Source of the DNA: Nitrospirota bacterium
GTDB taxonomy: Bacteria; Nitrospirota; UBA9217
Length of the DNA: 64,000 nucleotides
Direction of reading: 5' to 3'
Assembly (NCBI GenBank): GCA_963663225.1
Contig: OY760142.1
Coordinates: 1,312,001-1,376,000 of the forward strand
Part shown: positions 48,905 through 59,132 of the stretch, in pieces
How positions within the stretch are numbered: position 1 is the first letter of the stretch
How the letters are laid out: each line of letters opens with the position of its first letter
Notes under the pieces: model-generated
The model's input: only the letters and a program-made list of their open reading frames with translations
What the model was told of the DNA's origin: nothing
The model's database searches: none
Program-made: the position numbers and the translations under genes

Positions 48905-49642
48905 ATGGAGATAGGCTACCGGATCATAAGGCCAGAAGACGTTGGCATACAGCCGCTTCAATTTGCGCAGATATCATTCTGGCGCGTGGCAAACTGGCGG
49001 GTTGCCGTGGGCGCGCAAGCAGTGAAAGAAGCTGTGGAAATGGCAGCAGCCTGCAAAGCGCGCGGCATCAGGACAATATATCATCCCATCGAATATCCAT
49101 TGACCGGCGTACTTGCGCCGCAAACCATGGAAGTGATGCGCGGCCTCGCAGCGTCGTGCGACCTCGGCTTTATCATCCATGATGAAAGGGACGCGGATGG
49201 AAAGAGGCTTTCTTCCGAGGAGCAGACGGTCTATGAACAAAATGTACTCCAGTTAAGCAAACTATTTCCGGTCTCAATCGAGAACGCCATCAACTCAAAT
49301 GATATCTCGTGGTTCTGGGAACGGTTTATTCCTTCTGCTCCTCCGAATGTATCAATCACAATCGATATCGGCCATATGGAATCTGCTGACATGGATTCAA
49401 TCGCCTATATAGAGAGCATGCCGGAACAGCTTGTAACGCGCGTAAAGTACGTGCATCTCCACCACAAGGCGGAGGAGCGTTATGGAATCAAAGACCACTG
49501 GCCGCTGGTGCCCGGGTGCAGGGAAATCGAGGCGCTAAAAGTGCTGCTTAAGCGCAAATCGGATGTAGGAGTCATTCTCGAACTGAACGCGGCCAAGCCT
49601 GGCATGGGCCAAAGCATCGAATTGTTAAAAAACTTGCAGTAA
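48905..49642 (+). CDS. xylose isomerase-like TIM barrel protein
   Basis: SIEN, IDIGH, VHLH, DH.P and ILE metal-binding pattern. Confidence 0.7.
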   Translation: MEIGYRIIRPEDVGIQPLQFAQISFWRVANWRVAVGAQAVKEAVEMAAACKARGIRTIYHPIEYPLTGVLAPQTMEVMRGLAASCDLGFIIHDERDADGKRLSSEEQTVYEQNVLQLSKLFPVSIENAINSNDISWFWERFIPSAPPNVSITIDIGHMESADMDSIAYIESMPEQLVTRVKYVHLHHKAEERYGIKDHWPLVPGCREIEALKVLLKRKSDVGVILELNAAKPGMGQSIELLKNLQ

Positions 49643-49679
49643 GCAGGTCAACCGAGGGCACAAGCCGAAAGTCATATTT

Positions 49680-50606
49680 ATGAAAATTATTCCTCTTGCA
49701 GCAGAATCGCTCGGAACCCGGAGCGCGGCCTTCTTTGTAGAAACTGTTGACCTGAAAGTCCTCATCGACCCCGGAGTCTCGCTCGCACCCTTCCGATTCA
49801 ATCTGCCGCCGCATCCTCTGGAAGTCAAAGCTCTGAACGAAAGCTGGGACCATATTAAAAAATTCGCGGCCCTGGCAGACGTTCTCATCATAACGCATTA
49901 TCATTTTGATCATTTTGACCCGACAGAACCGCTGGTCTTTAACGGTAAAATTCTTCTTATAAAACATCCGGAGGAAAACATCAACACGAGCCAGCGCGCC
50001 CGCGCGAAGGGGCTGATAAGGAACTTCAGGACGCTGCCGCGGCGGGTGGATTTCGCGGATAACAATGTGTTTGAGTTTGGCAAGACCGTGATCCGCTTTT
50101 CCCGCGCGGTGCCTCACGGTCCGAACACCAAGGTTGGCTGGGTTGTGGAAACATCGATCCGCGACGAGAGCGGATCGTTTCTGTACTCATCGGATGTTGA
50201 GGGGGCATGCCTGCCTGAACATCTTGAGTTTATCCGCGCGGAACAGCCAGCGGTACTTTATCTTGACGGGCCGTTGGTGTATCTGCCGGGAGCGGAATAT
50301 ACCCATGACGATCTCCGCGCTTCAATCAGGAACATCAGTAGTATTCTTCAAACACCGCCAGTCAAAACAGTTATTATCGACCATCACCTGCTCAGGGAAG
50401 ACAACTGGGCAAAAGAAATAAAAGAAGTTTTTTCGACAGCACAGAACCTTGGCAAACGAGTCGTGACTTCCGCGGAATTTCTTGAACAGGAGACCACGCT
50501 GTTAGAAGCGCGGAGACAGCAACTCTATGCCCAACACCCAAACATGCCGCAGGAACAGATCAAACGAAGCAGCGATTTTCAGCTCGTAAAAAAATTACGC
50601 ACATAA
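49680..50606 (+). CDS. MBL-fold hydrolase, UPF0282-like
   Basis: MKIIPLAAESLGTRS, IDPGVSLAP.RF.LPPHP, THYHFDH, SDVEG and DHHLLR motifs. Confidence 0.8.
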   Translation: MKIIPLAAESLGTRSAAFFVETVDLKVLIDPGVSLAPFRFNLPPHPLEVKALNESWDHIKKFAALADVLIITHYHFDHFDPTEPLVFNGKILLIKHPEENINTSQRARAKGLIRNFRTLPRRVDFADNNVFEFGKTVIRFSRAVPHGPNTKVGWVVETSIRDESGSFLYSSDVEGACLPEHLEFIRAEQPAVLYLDGPLVYLPGAEYTHDDLRASIRNISSILQTPPVKTVIIDHHLLREDNWAKEIKEVFSTAQNLGKRVVTSAEFLEQETTLLEARRQQLYAQHPNMPQEQIKRSSDFQLVKKLRT

Positions 50607-50619
50607 AATCCAGTCCAGC

Positions 50620-50647
50620 TTGACATGCGCATACCTGCCGTTATACT
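50620..50647 (+). promoter_or_regulatory. putative sigma70 promoter
   Basis: TTGACA-N16-TATACT. Confidence 0.55.
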
Positions 50648-50754
50648 CAAAGTAACAGGATTTTCCGCCATACAGACCGGATAATTTTACAAAAACATAA
50701 TCATCGAGGAGTGCGCGGCGTTTCCGTACCCGCAACCGCTGCATTATTACTTTT

Positions 50755-52710
50755 ATGAACAAACTGATACATGCAAAATCCCCGTACCTCCGGCATGCCG
50801 CCCATCAGAAAATAGACTGGTATCCATGGTCTGAAGAGGCATTTGAGCGGGCGCGAGCGGAAGACAAGCCGGTCTTTCTGAGCACAGGCGCGGTCTGGTG
50901 CCATTGGTGCCACGTCATGGCAAAGGAATCGTTCGAAGACGACGAGACCGCGCGGCTTCTGAATGAACTTTTTGTGTGCGTCAAGCTCGACCGCGACGAA
51001 TATCCTGACATTGACCGGCGCTACCAGCAGGCAGTGGCTGCCATGAGCTCGGCAGGAGGCTGGCCGCTTTCCGTTTTCCTGACGCCCGACAAGCAGCCGT
51101 TTTTCGGCGGCACCTATTTCCCGCCCCGAGACATGCAGGGCAGGCCCGGGTTCAAACAGGTGCTCCGCGTGGTCAGCAATTTCTATAAAACCGAAAAAAG
51201 CAATGCGCTGTCCTATGCGGCGCGGCTGATGGACGCGCTCAAGCCTCCGGCGGCAATTCCTGCTTCACTGGATCCGGCGCTGCTTCACGCAGCAGAAGAA
51301 TCCATGCTTGCGGCATTTGACAGCGAGAACGGAGGTTTCGGTTCTGCCCCGAAATTTCCCCTGTGCGGCGCGATTTCATTTCTTCTTCTGCGGTCGGCTC
51401 GAAATCCGGATTCCGCCGCAGGCCGGGCAGTGCGGATGGCGCTTGACGCCATGGCGCGCGGAGGTTTTTATGACCAGCTTGGGGGCGGTTTCCACCGCTA
51501 TTCCACGGACAAGGCGTGGATGGTCCCTCATTTCGAAAAAATGGCGGATGACAATGCCGAACTTCTCAAAAGCTATATCCATGCCTCTGTTTTGTTCGAA
51601 GATGAGCGCCTGCGGACGATTGTCCGCGGAATAATCGCGTATGTCGAGGAGGTGCTTTCCGATCCTCAGGGCGGTTTTTACGCAAGCCAGGACGCGGATG
51701 TGACGCCTGATGATGAAGGGGGATATTTTACCTGGACGCATGATGAGTTCAAAAGCGTCCTGAACACGGAAGAGTACCAGGTGCTGTCTGCCTTCTTCCT
51801 GAACGATCGGGGCATGATGCATCATGATCCCGAGAAAATTGCTTTATCCAGCCTGAAAGAACCTGAAGAGATCGCGGAGGAGCTTGGAAAGTCTCTGGAT
51901 GAAATAAGGAACATCATGACGCTTGGACGGGAAAAACTGCTGTCAGCAAGAATGAAGCGGCAGGCCCCTTTTATTGACAGAACGCTTTATACCTCTTTGA
52001 ACGGCATGCTGATCGGGGCATTTTTTCGCGTAGCCGCCGTGCTCGGAAACGAGGAAATTCTGCAGTTCGCCGTTTTGAGCCTTGAGCGCATTCTGAAAGA
52101 ACGGCTTACGCGGGGTACGCTTCAGCATGCGGAAAATGTTCCCGCACTGCTTGACGACTACGTGTATCTCATCGATGCGCTTGTCTCCGGGTATGAGGCG
52201 ACTGCAAATCGCCGGTACCTTGATCTGGCCGACGACTTCATGGCCGTGTGCAGAGAAAAATTTTACGACCAGTCGGAAGGCGGTTTCTTCGACACCGAGA
52301 ATGATGTTTTAGGCATGCGGCTCAAGCGCATAGAGGATGTCCCTCATCCGTCAGCCAATGCAGCGGCCGTCCTGCTGCTGCTCAAGCTTTCGTTCATGAA
52401 AGAGAAACCATCCTATCGTCGTATGGCAGAGCAAACGCTGGAACTGTTTGGCGGTCCGGCGGCTGCCATGGGCATCCATGCCGGCGCCTATTTCTGCGCG
52501 CTGGAGGCCTGGTTTCATATGATTCATCTTACCATAGAGGCAGCACCCGACAGTCCTCTGGCGCAGAAAGCCGTGGAACTTGCAGCGACCCGTTCAGTGG
52601 CTGTTCTCTACGGTGAAGACCACGGAAGGGTTGTTCTCTGTAAAGAAGGCGTGTGCCTTGAGCCTGTTACCGATCCTGCCCGCCTGAAGGATGTTTTGCC
52701 CCCTCTGTAG
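50755..52710 (+). CDS. thioredoxin domain-containing protein (YyaL/DUF255, SPATA20-like)
   Basis: SPYL..HA, WCHWCHVM..ESF, GGWPL, GGFHRYS and PHFEKM motifs. Confidence 0.92.
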   Translation: MNKLIHAKSPYLRHAAHQKIDWYPWSEEAFERARAEDKPVFLSTGAVWCHWCHVMAKESFEDDETARLLNELFVCVKLDRDEYPDIDRRYQQAVAAMSSAGGWPLSVFLTPDKQPFFGGTYFPPRDMQGRPGFKQVLRVVSNFYKTEKSNALSYAARLMDALKPPAAIPASLDPALLHAAEESMLAAFDSENGGFGSAPKFPLCGAISFLLLRSARNPDSAAGRAVRMALDAMARGGFYDQLGGGFHRYSTDKAWMVPHFEKMADDNAELLKSYIHASVLFEDERLRTIVRGIIAYVEEVLSDPQGGFYASQDADVTPDDEGGYFTWTHDEFKSVLNTEEYQVLSAFFLNDRGMMHHDPEKIALSSLKEPEEIAEELGKSLDEIRNIMTLGREKLLSARMKRQAPFIDRTLYTSLNGMLIGAFFRVAAVLGNEEILQFAVLSLERILKERLTRGTLQHAENVPALLDDYVYLIDALVSGYEATANRRYLDLADDFMAVCREKFYDQSEGGFFDTENDVLGMRLKRIEDVPHPSANAAAVLLLLKLSFMKEKPSYRRMAEQTLELFGGPAAAMGIHAGAYFCALEAWFHMIHLTIEAAPDSPLAQKAVELAATRSVAVLYGEDHGRVVLCKEGVCLEPVTDPARLKDVLPPL

Positions 52711-52835
52711 CGAAATGATCCCAAACACACAAAAAAGCCTTTTAATTCACTTGTTTTTATTGATTCTATTGGTTATAATATATATTCTTTGAAAAACATC
52801 TCATGATTTTATGAGCAGTGGATGGAGGTTGTTGT

Positions 52836-53132
52836 ATGCCTGTTTACGAATATGAATGCGAAAGCTGCGGCGGCCGTTTTGAAGCCATTCAGAAGTTCAG
52901 CGATCCCGCAGTTTCCGAGTGCAGTTTATGTCACGCAAAAAACGTGAAGAAAGTACTTTCGACGCCGGCGTTTGTGCTGAAAGGCACAGGATGGTATATA
53001 ACCGATTATGCCTCGCAAGACCGAAAGAAAGCAGTAGCGGCTGAAAAGTCTGTGGCGGATGCCAAGCCGGGCAGCGGGTGTGCAGCCGGCGCATGCGCGG
53101 GCGGAGCGTGCTCAGCGAAGACTGGATCCTGA
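52836..53132 (+). CDS. FmdB-family zinc ribbon protein
   Basis: MPVYEYEC..C, C..C and KGTGWYITDY motifs. Confidence 0.92.
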   Translation: MPVYEYECESCGGRFEAIQKFSDPAVSECSLCHAKNVKKVLSTPAFVLKGTGWYITDYASQDRKKAVAAEKSVADAKPGSGCAAGACAGGACSAKTGS

Positions 53133-53920
53133 TGCAACCGTTGCATATTCATGTTCCGTATCTCGTGCTGAATGATTACTTTGACTTCATCCGGGAGCGG
53201 CGCTATGATCTCGAGTTGTATCTGTCGGCGGCGGCCCTTGACGGGATCGGAAAACCCGAGACGGAGGGTCTGCTGGAACGCCTTGACTGGAGTCCTGCAC
53301 TTACCCTCCATGCACCGTTTCTGGACCTGAATCCCGGATCTGCTGATCCGCGGATCCGGTCCGCAACATACGATCGTTTTTGCCAGCTGCTGGATGTTGC
53401 GGCTGTTCTCAAGCCCCGCGCCGCGGTGTTTCATACGGCGTATGACAAATGGCGCTGTAACGGGCAGGAAGATATCTGGCTCGCGAACAGCGTGGATATG
53501 TGGCATCGGGTGATGGATACAGCATCACGGATTGGATTGCGTGTCGCTCTTGAGAATGTTTTCGACGAAAACCCCGATGCGCTCCAGCTCCTCATGGACC
53601 GGATCAACAGCCCGGATTTCGGTTTTTGTTTCGATACCGGACATTTTAATCTCTTTACCACGGTTCCGATGGAACGGTGGTTTCAGTCTCTCGGCAGCCG
53701 GCTGGTTGAAGTGCATCTCCATGACAATGACGGCACTGCAGACTCCCACTGGGCGCTCGGCAAAGGCTCAATCGATTTCGAACAATTTTTCGGTCTGATG
53801 AGCGCACGCGCTCCTTTGCCGGTGTTTACCATTGAGGCACACAGCAAAAATGACGCCGAGACAAGCCGGCAGCGGGTCAGGGCCCTTATCAAGAAGCATT
53901 ACCAACTGCCTGAAGCATAA
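53132..53920 (+). CDS. sugar phosphate isomerase/epimerase (AP endonuclease 2 TIM barrel) family protein
   Basis: HAPFLDL, LENV, FDTGH and HLHDN.G..D.H motifs; TGATG translational coupling. Confidence 0.88.
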   Translation: MQPLHIHVPYLVLNDYFDFIRERRYDLELYLSAAALDGIGKPETEGLLERLDWSPALTLHAPFLDLNPGSADPRIRSATYDRFCQLLDVAAVLKPRAAVFHTAYDKWRCNGQEDIWLANSVDMWHRVMDTASRIGLRVALENVFDENPDALQLLMDRINSPDFGFCFDTGHFNLFTTVPMERWFQSLGSRLVEVHLHDNDGTADSHWALGKGSIDFEQFFGLMSARAPLPVFTIEAHSKNDAETSRQRVRALIKKHYQLPEA

Positions 53921-54011
53921 ACAGCACAGCAAGGAATCTCTGGCAGCCCACCGGGCTTGGCCGGGAATTATTGTACTATACAGAACCGCCCCAAACACAA
54001 GACCATACCGT

Positions 54012-55769
54012 ATGAAAAATATTTCTTTTCTCATTCTGGCATTTTTGCTTGCTTCCTGTTCAGCGGGCCCCCGCCTCTGTGAAACTACGGAAACGAAGGC
54101 GCGGTGCATTGACCCTCTGGCCGACATCCGGGCGACGTCCGACGCGTATTACCATTTTATGATCGGAAGCCTGCTGGAGCAGGAAGGGAATTTTGATGCT
54201 GCTCTGAAAGAGTATTCCGAGGCGTACCGGCTGGATCCGAACGCATCAACAGCGGCGCTTTCCATGGCAGCCCTTTACCTGCGCAAAGGACAGCTTGATG
54301 AAGCGGTCCCGTATATGCAAAAGGTGCTGACGGCCGAGCCTGAAAACACAAAAGCCTTGCTGATGGCAGGCGGCATATATACCAGCAAGAAGCAATATGA
54401 TGAGGCGATAGCTGCATACCGCAAAGTACTGTCGATCGATCCAAAACAGGAAGATGCCGCGATTTATCTGGGATCGCTCTACGCCGGCCTGAAACGGTAT
54501 GACGAAGCCATAGCAACATTTAAAACACTCGGCACCGTCAGTCCGGATTCTCTCATGGCGCCGTATTATCTCGGCCGGATCTACACCGAGCGGCAGCGGT
54601 ACAAGGAGGCCCTGGCGGAGTTTAAACGGGTCATCGCGCTCAGGGAAAACTTCGAACCGGCTCATACCGGCATGGCCCTCGTCTATGAACTGATGAACAA
54701 GATTCCCGAAGCGATCAAAGCATACAAATCGAGCCTTGATCTGAACCCCCTGAACCTTGAAGTGCGCCAGCACCTTGCCCAGCTTTATATCCAGCAAAAC
54801 GAACTCGACAACGCCCTGGAACAGCTTACGAAAATCACGGCTCTGGATTCCGGCAATCTGGATGCTTTTGTAAAAATGGGGCTCATCTATGTTGAGCAGA
54901 AAAAGTATGAGCAGGCAGCCGCTGCATTCAAGATTGTTTCCCGGGCGGCCCCGAATGACCTGCGGATCAGACGGTATTTTGCCTCTACTTTGGCGGCGCT
55001 CGGGCGGCCAGAGGAGGCGCTCACGGAATACCGGGCCATCCTTGCAGGCGCGCCCGACGATACAGACACGCTGCTGCAGATAGCAGCGCTGTATTCGCAG
55101 ATGCACCGGACGCCTGAGGCCATTCCGCTTCTGGAAAAAGCCCTCGCCGATCAACCGGGAAAACCGGAGCTGTATCTGTATCTTGCCAACGCATATATGG
55201 ATGTCGAGAAATACCAGCAGTCCGTCGAAACGCTGAAAAAAGGCCTTCACATGGCGCCGGACCGTGACGATCTGATGTTCAGTCTCGCCGTTGCGTACGA
55301 GAAGCAGGGCAAGCGCGAGGACATGATTGCCGCGCTCAGGAAAACACTTGAACTCAAGCCGGACAACGCTGATGCATTAAACTATCTGGGCTACACCTAT
55401 GCTGAAAAAGGCGAGAACCTGGACGAGTCAATCCGCTTAATCAAGCGGGCATTGCTGTATAAGCCCGAGAGCGGCTACATTCTCGACAGCCTGGCCTGGG
55501 CGTATTATCAGAAGGGCATGCTGAAAGAGGCCCTTGCAAAAATGAAAGAGGCAATCGCAAAAGAAAGCGAAGATCCCGTGATGCGCGAGCATTTCGGGGA
55601 TATTTTCTTCAAACTTTCCCAGAAAGATCAGGCGCGGGAGCAGTGGCTCCGGTCGCTGGAAATCGACCCCAAAAACCAGAAACTCCGGGAAAAGTTCAGG
55701 GAATCCGGTTTCGGCAACCCGGATGAACTGCTCAAGAACATAACGCCAAGGAAAAAGAACCTGAAGTGA
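54012..55769 (+). CDS. TPR-repeat lipoprotein
   Basis: LASC lipobox, many TPRs, ALNYLGY and DSLAWAYY motifs; usual position upstream of lolB-ispE. Confidence 0.9.
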   Translation: MKNISFLILAFLLASCSAGPRLCETTETKARCIDPLADIRATSDAYYHFMIGSLLEQEGNFDAALKEYSEAYRLDPNASTAALSMAALYLRKGQLDEAVPYMQKVLTAEPENTKALLMAGGIYTSKKQYDEAIAAYRKVLSIDPKQEDAAIYLGSLYAGLKRYDEAIATFKTLGTVSPDSLMAPYYLGRIYTERQRYKEALAEFKRVIALRENFEPAHTGMALVYELMNKIPEAIKAYKSSLDLNPLNLEVRQHLAQLYIQQNELDNALEQLTKITALDSGNLDAFVKMGLIYVEQKKYEQAAAAFKIVSRAAPNDLRIRRYFASTLAALGRPEEALTEYRAILAGAPDDTDTLLQIAALYSQMHRTPEAIPLLEKALADQPGKPELYLYLANAYMDVEKYQQSVETLKKGLHMAPDRDDLMFSLAVAYEKQGKREDMIAALRKTLELKPDNADALNYLGYTYAEKGENLDESIRLIKRALLYKPESGYILDSLAWAYYQKGMLKEALAKMKEAIAKESEDPVMREHFGDIFFKLSQKDQAREQWLRSLEIDPKNQKLREKFRESGFGNPDELLKNITPRKKNLK

Positions 55770-56545
55770 AGACCCCCTTATTTGCCGTCTTGCTCATTAT
55801 TCCGCTTGTATTCGCGTGCGCGCCTAAAAAACCCGATGTTCCCTTGACAGAAGTTCCGGCAGGACCTTTAGTGCAGGCGCTGGACCAGCGACACCGCTCG
55901 TTTCACGGCATGAAGGCCATTGCCAGCATCGTAATCCAGAAATGGGGGAAAAAGCGCGTTCTGGAAAACGTCGGTATTGTGCTTGACGGACAGTGCAGAT
56001 TCCGCATGGAGGCCTATGGTCCCCTGGGGCAGACAATCACGGCTTTCGTTTGGAACGGGAAAACCATGCTGCTCCGGCGACCGGACAGCGACAGAGTTGA
56101 GCAGCAGGGAGAGGATGGCTTCGCACGGCTCCTCGGTCAGGGGCTGAACGCGCGGGAATTCTGCGCCATACTGTCGGGAAATATTCCGGAATTAGCACGA
56201 CCGTATCGTGCGGTGCAGCTGTGCGGACGGGATGGCGGGTGTGTTCTTGAAATTTCCCGCGACGACAGTGTGCGTCGCGTGCAGGTCGTCTATCCTGCCG
56301 CGACCGGCCTGGCGCCGGAGGCGCAGATTGTTTCCCAGGAGTTGCACCAGTCAGGAGACATCAGCTACCGGGTCAGATTTGACCGGACGATTTCAATCGC
56401 AAACTACCGTCTTCCGACAAAAATCGAGATCGAGGTTCCCGAGCGCCATCTGCAGCTGACGATTGAGTATGACAGCGATCTTGAGGTCGATATTCCGATT
56501 CAAGACGAATTATTTGAGATTCCAAACAACGAGACAGCCAACTGA
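55766..56545 (+). CDS. LolB-like/DUF4292 lipoprotein
   Basis: VFAC lipobox, RMEAYGPLG motif, position between the TPR gene and ispE. Confidence 0.7.
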   Translation: MKTPLFAVLLIIPLVFACAPKKPDVPLTEVPAGPLVQALDQRHRSFHGMKAIASIVIQKWGKKRVLENVGIVLDGQCRFRMEAYGPLGQTITAFVWNGKTMLLRRPDSDRVEQQGEDGFARLLGQGLNAREFCAILSGNIPELARPYRAVQLCGRDGGCVLEISRDDSVRRVQVVYPAATGLAPEAQIVSQELHQSGDISYRVRFDRTISIANYRLPTKIEIEVPERHLQLTIEYDSDLEVDIPIQDELFEIPNNETAN

Positions 56546-56646
56546 CGCCTGCTTCCCTGCGGTGCGAACATCTGAAGCATGAGCTTTGCATCCGAATCTG
56601 TTGATGCTCTGGAAAAAAGTTTTCCTGTTTAAAGGAGTGATGCACA

Positions 56647-57519
56647 ATGGACACAGTTACGCTCCAATCTCCGGCAAAGATCAATCTTTGCCTGTCTGTG
56701 CTTGCCAAACGGCCGGACGGTTACCATGAGGTAGAGATGCTCATGCAGATGGTAGGGCTGTATGATGAAATAACGATAACCACTGCAAAGACGGGCATCA
56801 GTATTTCCTGCGATGCCGGAGCCGTTCCGTCGGATGGACGAAACACTGCATGGAAGGCCGCGGCAGAGATGCTCGGCATTTCCGGAAAAAATACGGGCCT
56901 GGCAATTGAGATCAGAAAGAAAATCCCCGTGGCGGCGGGACTTGCGGGAGGAAGCGGCAATGCTGCCGCGGTGCTTGCAGGAGTAAATACGCTGCTGGGC
57001 ATGAATCTCAGCCGTGAACAGCTTGCTGAAATAGGCGCCAGGATCGGCATGGATGTTCCGTTTTTCTTCTTTGGGCCTACCGCTCTCGCCCGCGGGCGGG
57101 GGGAAATTCTGACATCATTGCCGCCGGTGCCCGTATTCTGGGTTCTCCTGGTAAATCCCGGGTTTGAGACCTCAACGGCGTGGGTGTATAAAAACTTAAA
57201 TTTGGTGTTGACAAAGAAAGTTGACTGTAATAAAATCGGAAGGCTTATGGTCCGAGACATCGCTTCTCGGCTGCATAATGACCTTGAAACCGTAACAAAA
57301 GCCGCTTATCCGGTTATTGGCACCATCCAACAGGCGCTTTTAAAACAAGGAGCTTTGGGCGCGCTGATGAGCGGAAGTGGGCCGACCGTCTTTGGTGTAT
57401 TTGAAACCGAGTCCGCCTGCCGGGCTGCCGCACAAAACCTCTCTGGCGAGGGGTGGAAGCTTTACCCGGCCGTGACACTGACAGAATCTCCGTTTGCGGA
57501 GCATCTTGCAGAACGGTAA
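56647..57519 (+). CDS. ispE: 4-diphosphocytidyl-2-C-methyl-D-erythritol kinase
   Basis: PAKINL, GYHE, IPVAAGLAGGS, NDLE and MSGSG motifs. Confidence 0.97.
   Translation: MDTVTLQSPAKINLCLSVLAKRPDGYHEVEMLMQMVGLYDEITITTAKTGISISCDAGAVPSDGRNTAWKAAAEMLGISGKNTGLAIEIRKKIPVAAGLAGGSGNAAAVLAGVNTLLGMNLSREQLAEIGARIGMDVPFFFFGPTALARGRGEILTSLPPVPVFWVLLVNPGFETSTAWVYKNLNLVLTKKVDCNKIGRLMVRDIASRLHNDLETVTKAAYPVIGTIQQALLKQGALGALMSGSGPTVFGVFETESACRAAAQNLSGEGWKLYPAVTLTESPFAEHLAER
57208..57236 (+). promoter_or_regulatory. internal sigma70 promoter within ispE
   Basis: TTGACA-N17-TAAAAT in an AT-rich patch of the CDS. Confidence 0.6.
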
Positions 57520-57583
57520 AAACCGTCTGCCGGATCAAGTTCTGACTGATAAAAACCGCGTTAGAACAGCATGGGGGGAGTAT

Positions 57584-57886
57584 ATGGACGTCACCGAGGT
57601 GAGGGTCTTTCTGGTCAATAGCGAAGAGCGGCTCAAGGCATACGCCACCATCACAATTGATAATGTGTTTCTGATCAGGGATCTCCGCGTCATCAACGGA
57701 AATACCGGCCTGTTTGTTGCCATGCCAAGCAGGAAAATGAAGGATGGAACGTTCAAGGATATCGCCCATCCCCTTAACAGCGAAACGAGACAGATGATCG
57801 AAAAAAAAGTTCTCTCGGAATATGAGCGGGAGCTGGAAAATCCTTCAAGGAAGGAATCAGCGCTGAAAGGATCAAACGAAGAATAG
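57584..57886 (+). CDS. spoVG: SpoVG family protein
   Basis: TEVRV, GLFVAMPSRK and FKDIAHP motifs. Confidence 0.95.
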   Translation: MDVTEVRVFLVNSEERLKAYATITIDNVFLIRDLRVINGNTGLFVAMPSRKMKDGTFKDIAHPLNSETRQMIEKKVLSEYERELENPSRKESALKGSNEE

Positions 57887-57935
57887 TAGTGCCGAATAAT
57901 ATCACGAGTTCTGCCGATTCTGCATCGCATCATGG

Positions 57936-57962
57936 AGAGGATAGGCGTTTGCCTATCCTTTT
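57936..57962 (+). terminator. hairpin/terminator after spoVG
   Basis: AGGATAGGC-gttt-GCCTATCCT followed by a short T run. Confidence 0.55.
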
Positions 57963-58005
57963 GATGTTTATCCGGCGGATTATGCCGGACCGGAAGCGCC
58001 GTTGA

Positions 58006-58079
58006 TCGGGGATCGTCTAATGGTAGGACAGAGGCCTTTGAAGCCTTTTATCGGGGTTCGACTCCCTGTCCCCGAACCA
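58006..58079 (+). tRNA. tRNA-Gln (anticodon TTG)
   Basis: acceptor TCGGGGA/TCCCCGA, anticodon arm GAGGC-CTTTGAA-GCCTT, T-loop TTCGACT, encoded CCA. Confidence 0.95.
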
Positions 58080-58118
58080 GTTTCTGAATATAATAAATAA
58101 AGCAAAGACGAGAGTATA

Positions 58119-59072
58119 ATGGTGACATTGAGAGGTCAGGAAATAAAGGTTTTTTCGGGAAACGCAAACGTTGCGCTGGCGAATGAAATTTGCCACAATC
58201 TGAATATTTCGCTGGGAAACGCGGTTGTGAGCAAATTCAGCGACGGCGAAATTAATGTGCAGATCGTAGATAATGTGCGAGGCATGGACGTTTTTGTTGT
58301 GCAGCCCACATCGAGCCCGGTAAACAGGCATCTTATGGAATTGCTTATCATGATCGATGCGCTCAAGCGCGCCTCGGCTGAGCGGATCACGGCGGTAATT
58401 CCCTACTACGGCTACGGCAGGCAAGACCGCAAAGTGCAGCCCCGCGTGCCGATTACCTCCAAACTGGTGGCGGATCTGATCACAACAGCCGGTGCCAGCC
58501 GGGTCCTGACGATGGACCTTCACGCGGGACAAATCCAGGGTTTTTTCAACATTCCCGTGGACAATCTTTTCGCCGCGTCGGTGATTTTGGAGTATCTGCG
58601 CACGAAAAAATTTACTAACTTGACGGTCGTGTCGCCGGATGCCGGCGGGGTGGAGCGCGCACGCGCTTTAGCGAAACGGCTGAACGCAACCCTTGCGATT
58701 ATCGACAAACGGCGCGACAAGCCGAATGTAGCGCAGGTCATGAACATTATCGGTGAAGTAAAGGGCCATGATTGCCTGCTTCTGGACGACATGGTTGATA
58801 CGGCGGGCACGCTGACTGAAGCGGCAGCTGCGCTGCGGTCAAAAGGCGCCGGCAAGATCATCGCCGCCTGTACTCATGCGGTCCTTTCCGGTCCCGCGAT
58901 CAAGCGTATTAACGATTCGGCGCTGGATGAGTTGATCGCAACGAATACCATTGCGCTCGACAGCAAGCAGCAGGAATGCGCAAAGCTGACGGTGCTGTCA
59001 GCCGCACCGCTTCTGGCAGAATCGATTAAGAGAATTCATGAGGAAACGTCGCTCAGTTCTTTGTTCGTTTGA
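58119..59072 (+). CDS. prs: ribose-phosphate pyrophosphokinase
   Basis: FSDGE, YGRQDR, DLHAGQIQGFF, SPDAGG and DDMVDTAGT motifs. Confidence 0.98.
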   Translation: MVTLRGQEIKVFSGNANVALANEICHNLNISLGNAVVSKFSDGEINVQIVDNVRGMDVFVVQPTSSPVNRHLMELLIMIDALKRASAERITAVIPYYGYGRQDRKVQPRVPITSKLVADLITTAGASRVLTMDLHAGQIQGFFNIPVDNLFAASVILEYLRTKKFTNLTVVSPDAGGVERARALAKRLNATLAIIDKRRDKPNVAQVMNIIGEVKGHDCLLLDDMVDTAGTLTEAAAALRSKGAGKIIAACTHAVLSGPAIKRINDSALDELIATNTIALDSKQQECAKLTVLSAAPLLAESIKRIHEETSLSSLFV

Positions 59073-59132
59073 AAAAGCACTAACAGTGTACACAGTCCGG
59101 CAGTTGAAACAGCGTTTATTTATGGAGGAGAA

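Noticed and set aside
54246-55250. Long antisense or alternative-frame ORFs (here, and 59465-60469, 39104-40000, 16911-17876, 45742-46452)
   Set aside because: They overlap well-supported genes and carry no recognisable motifs; typical shadow ORFs.
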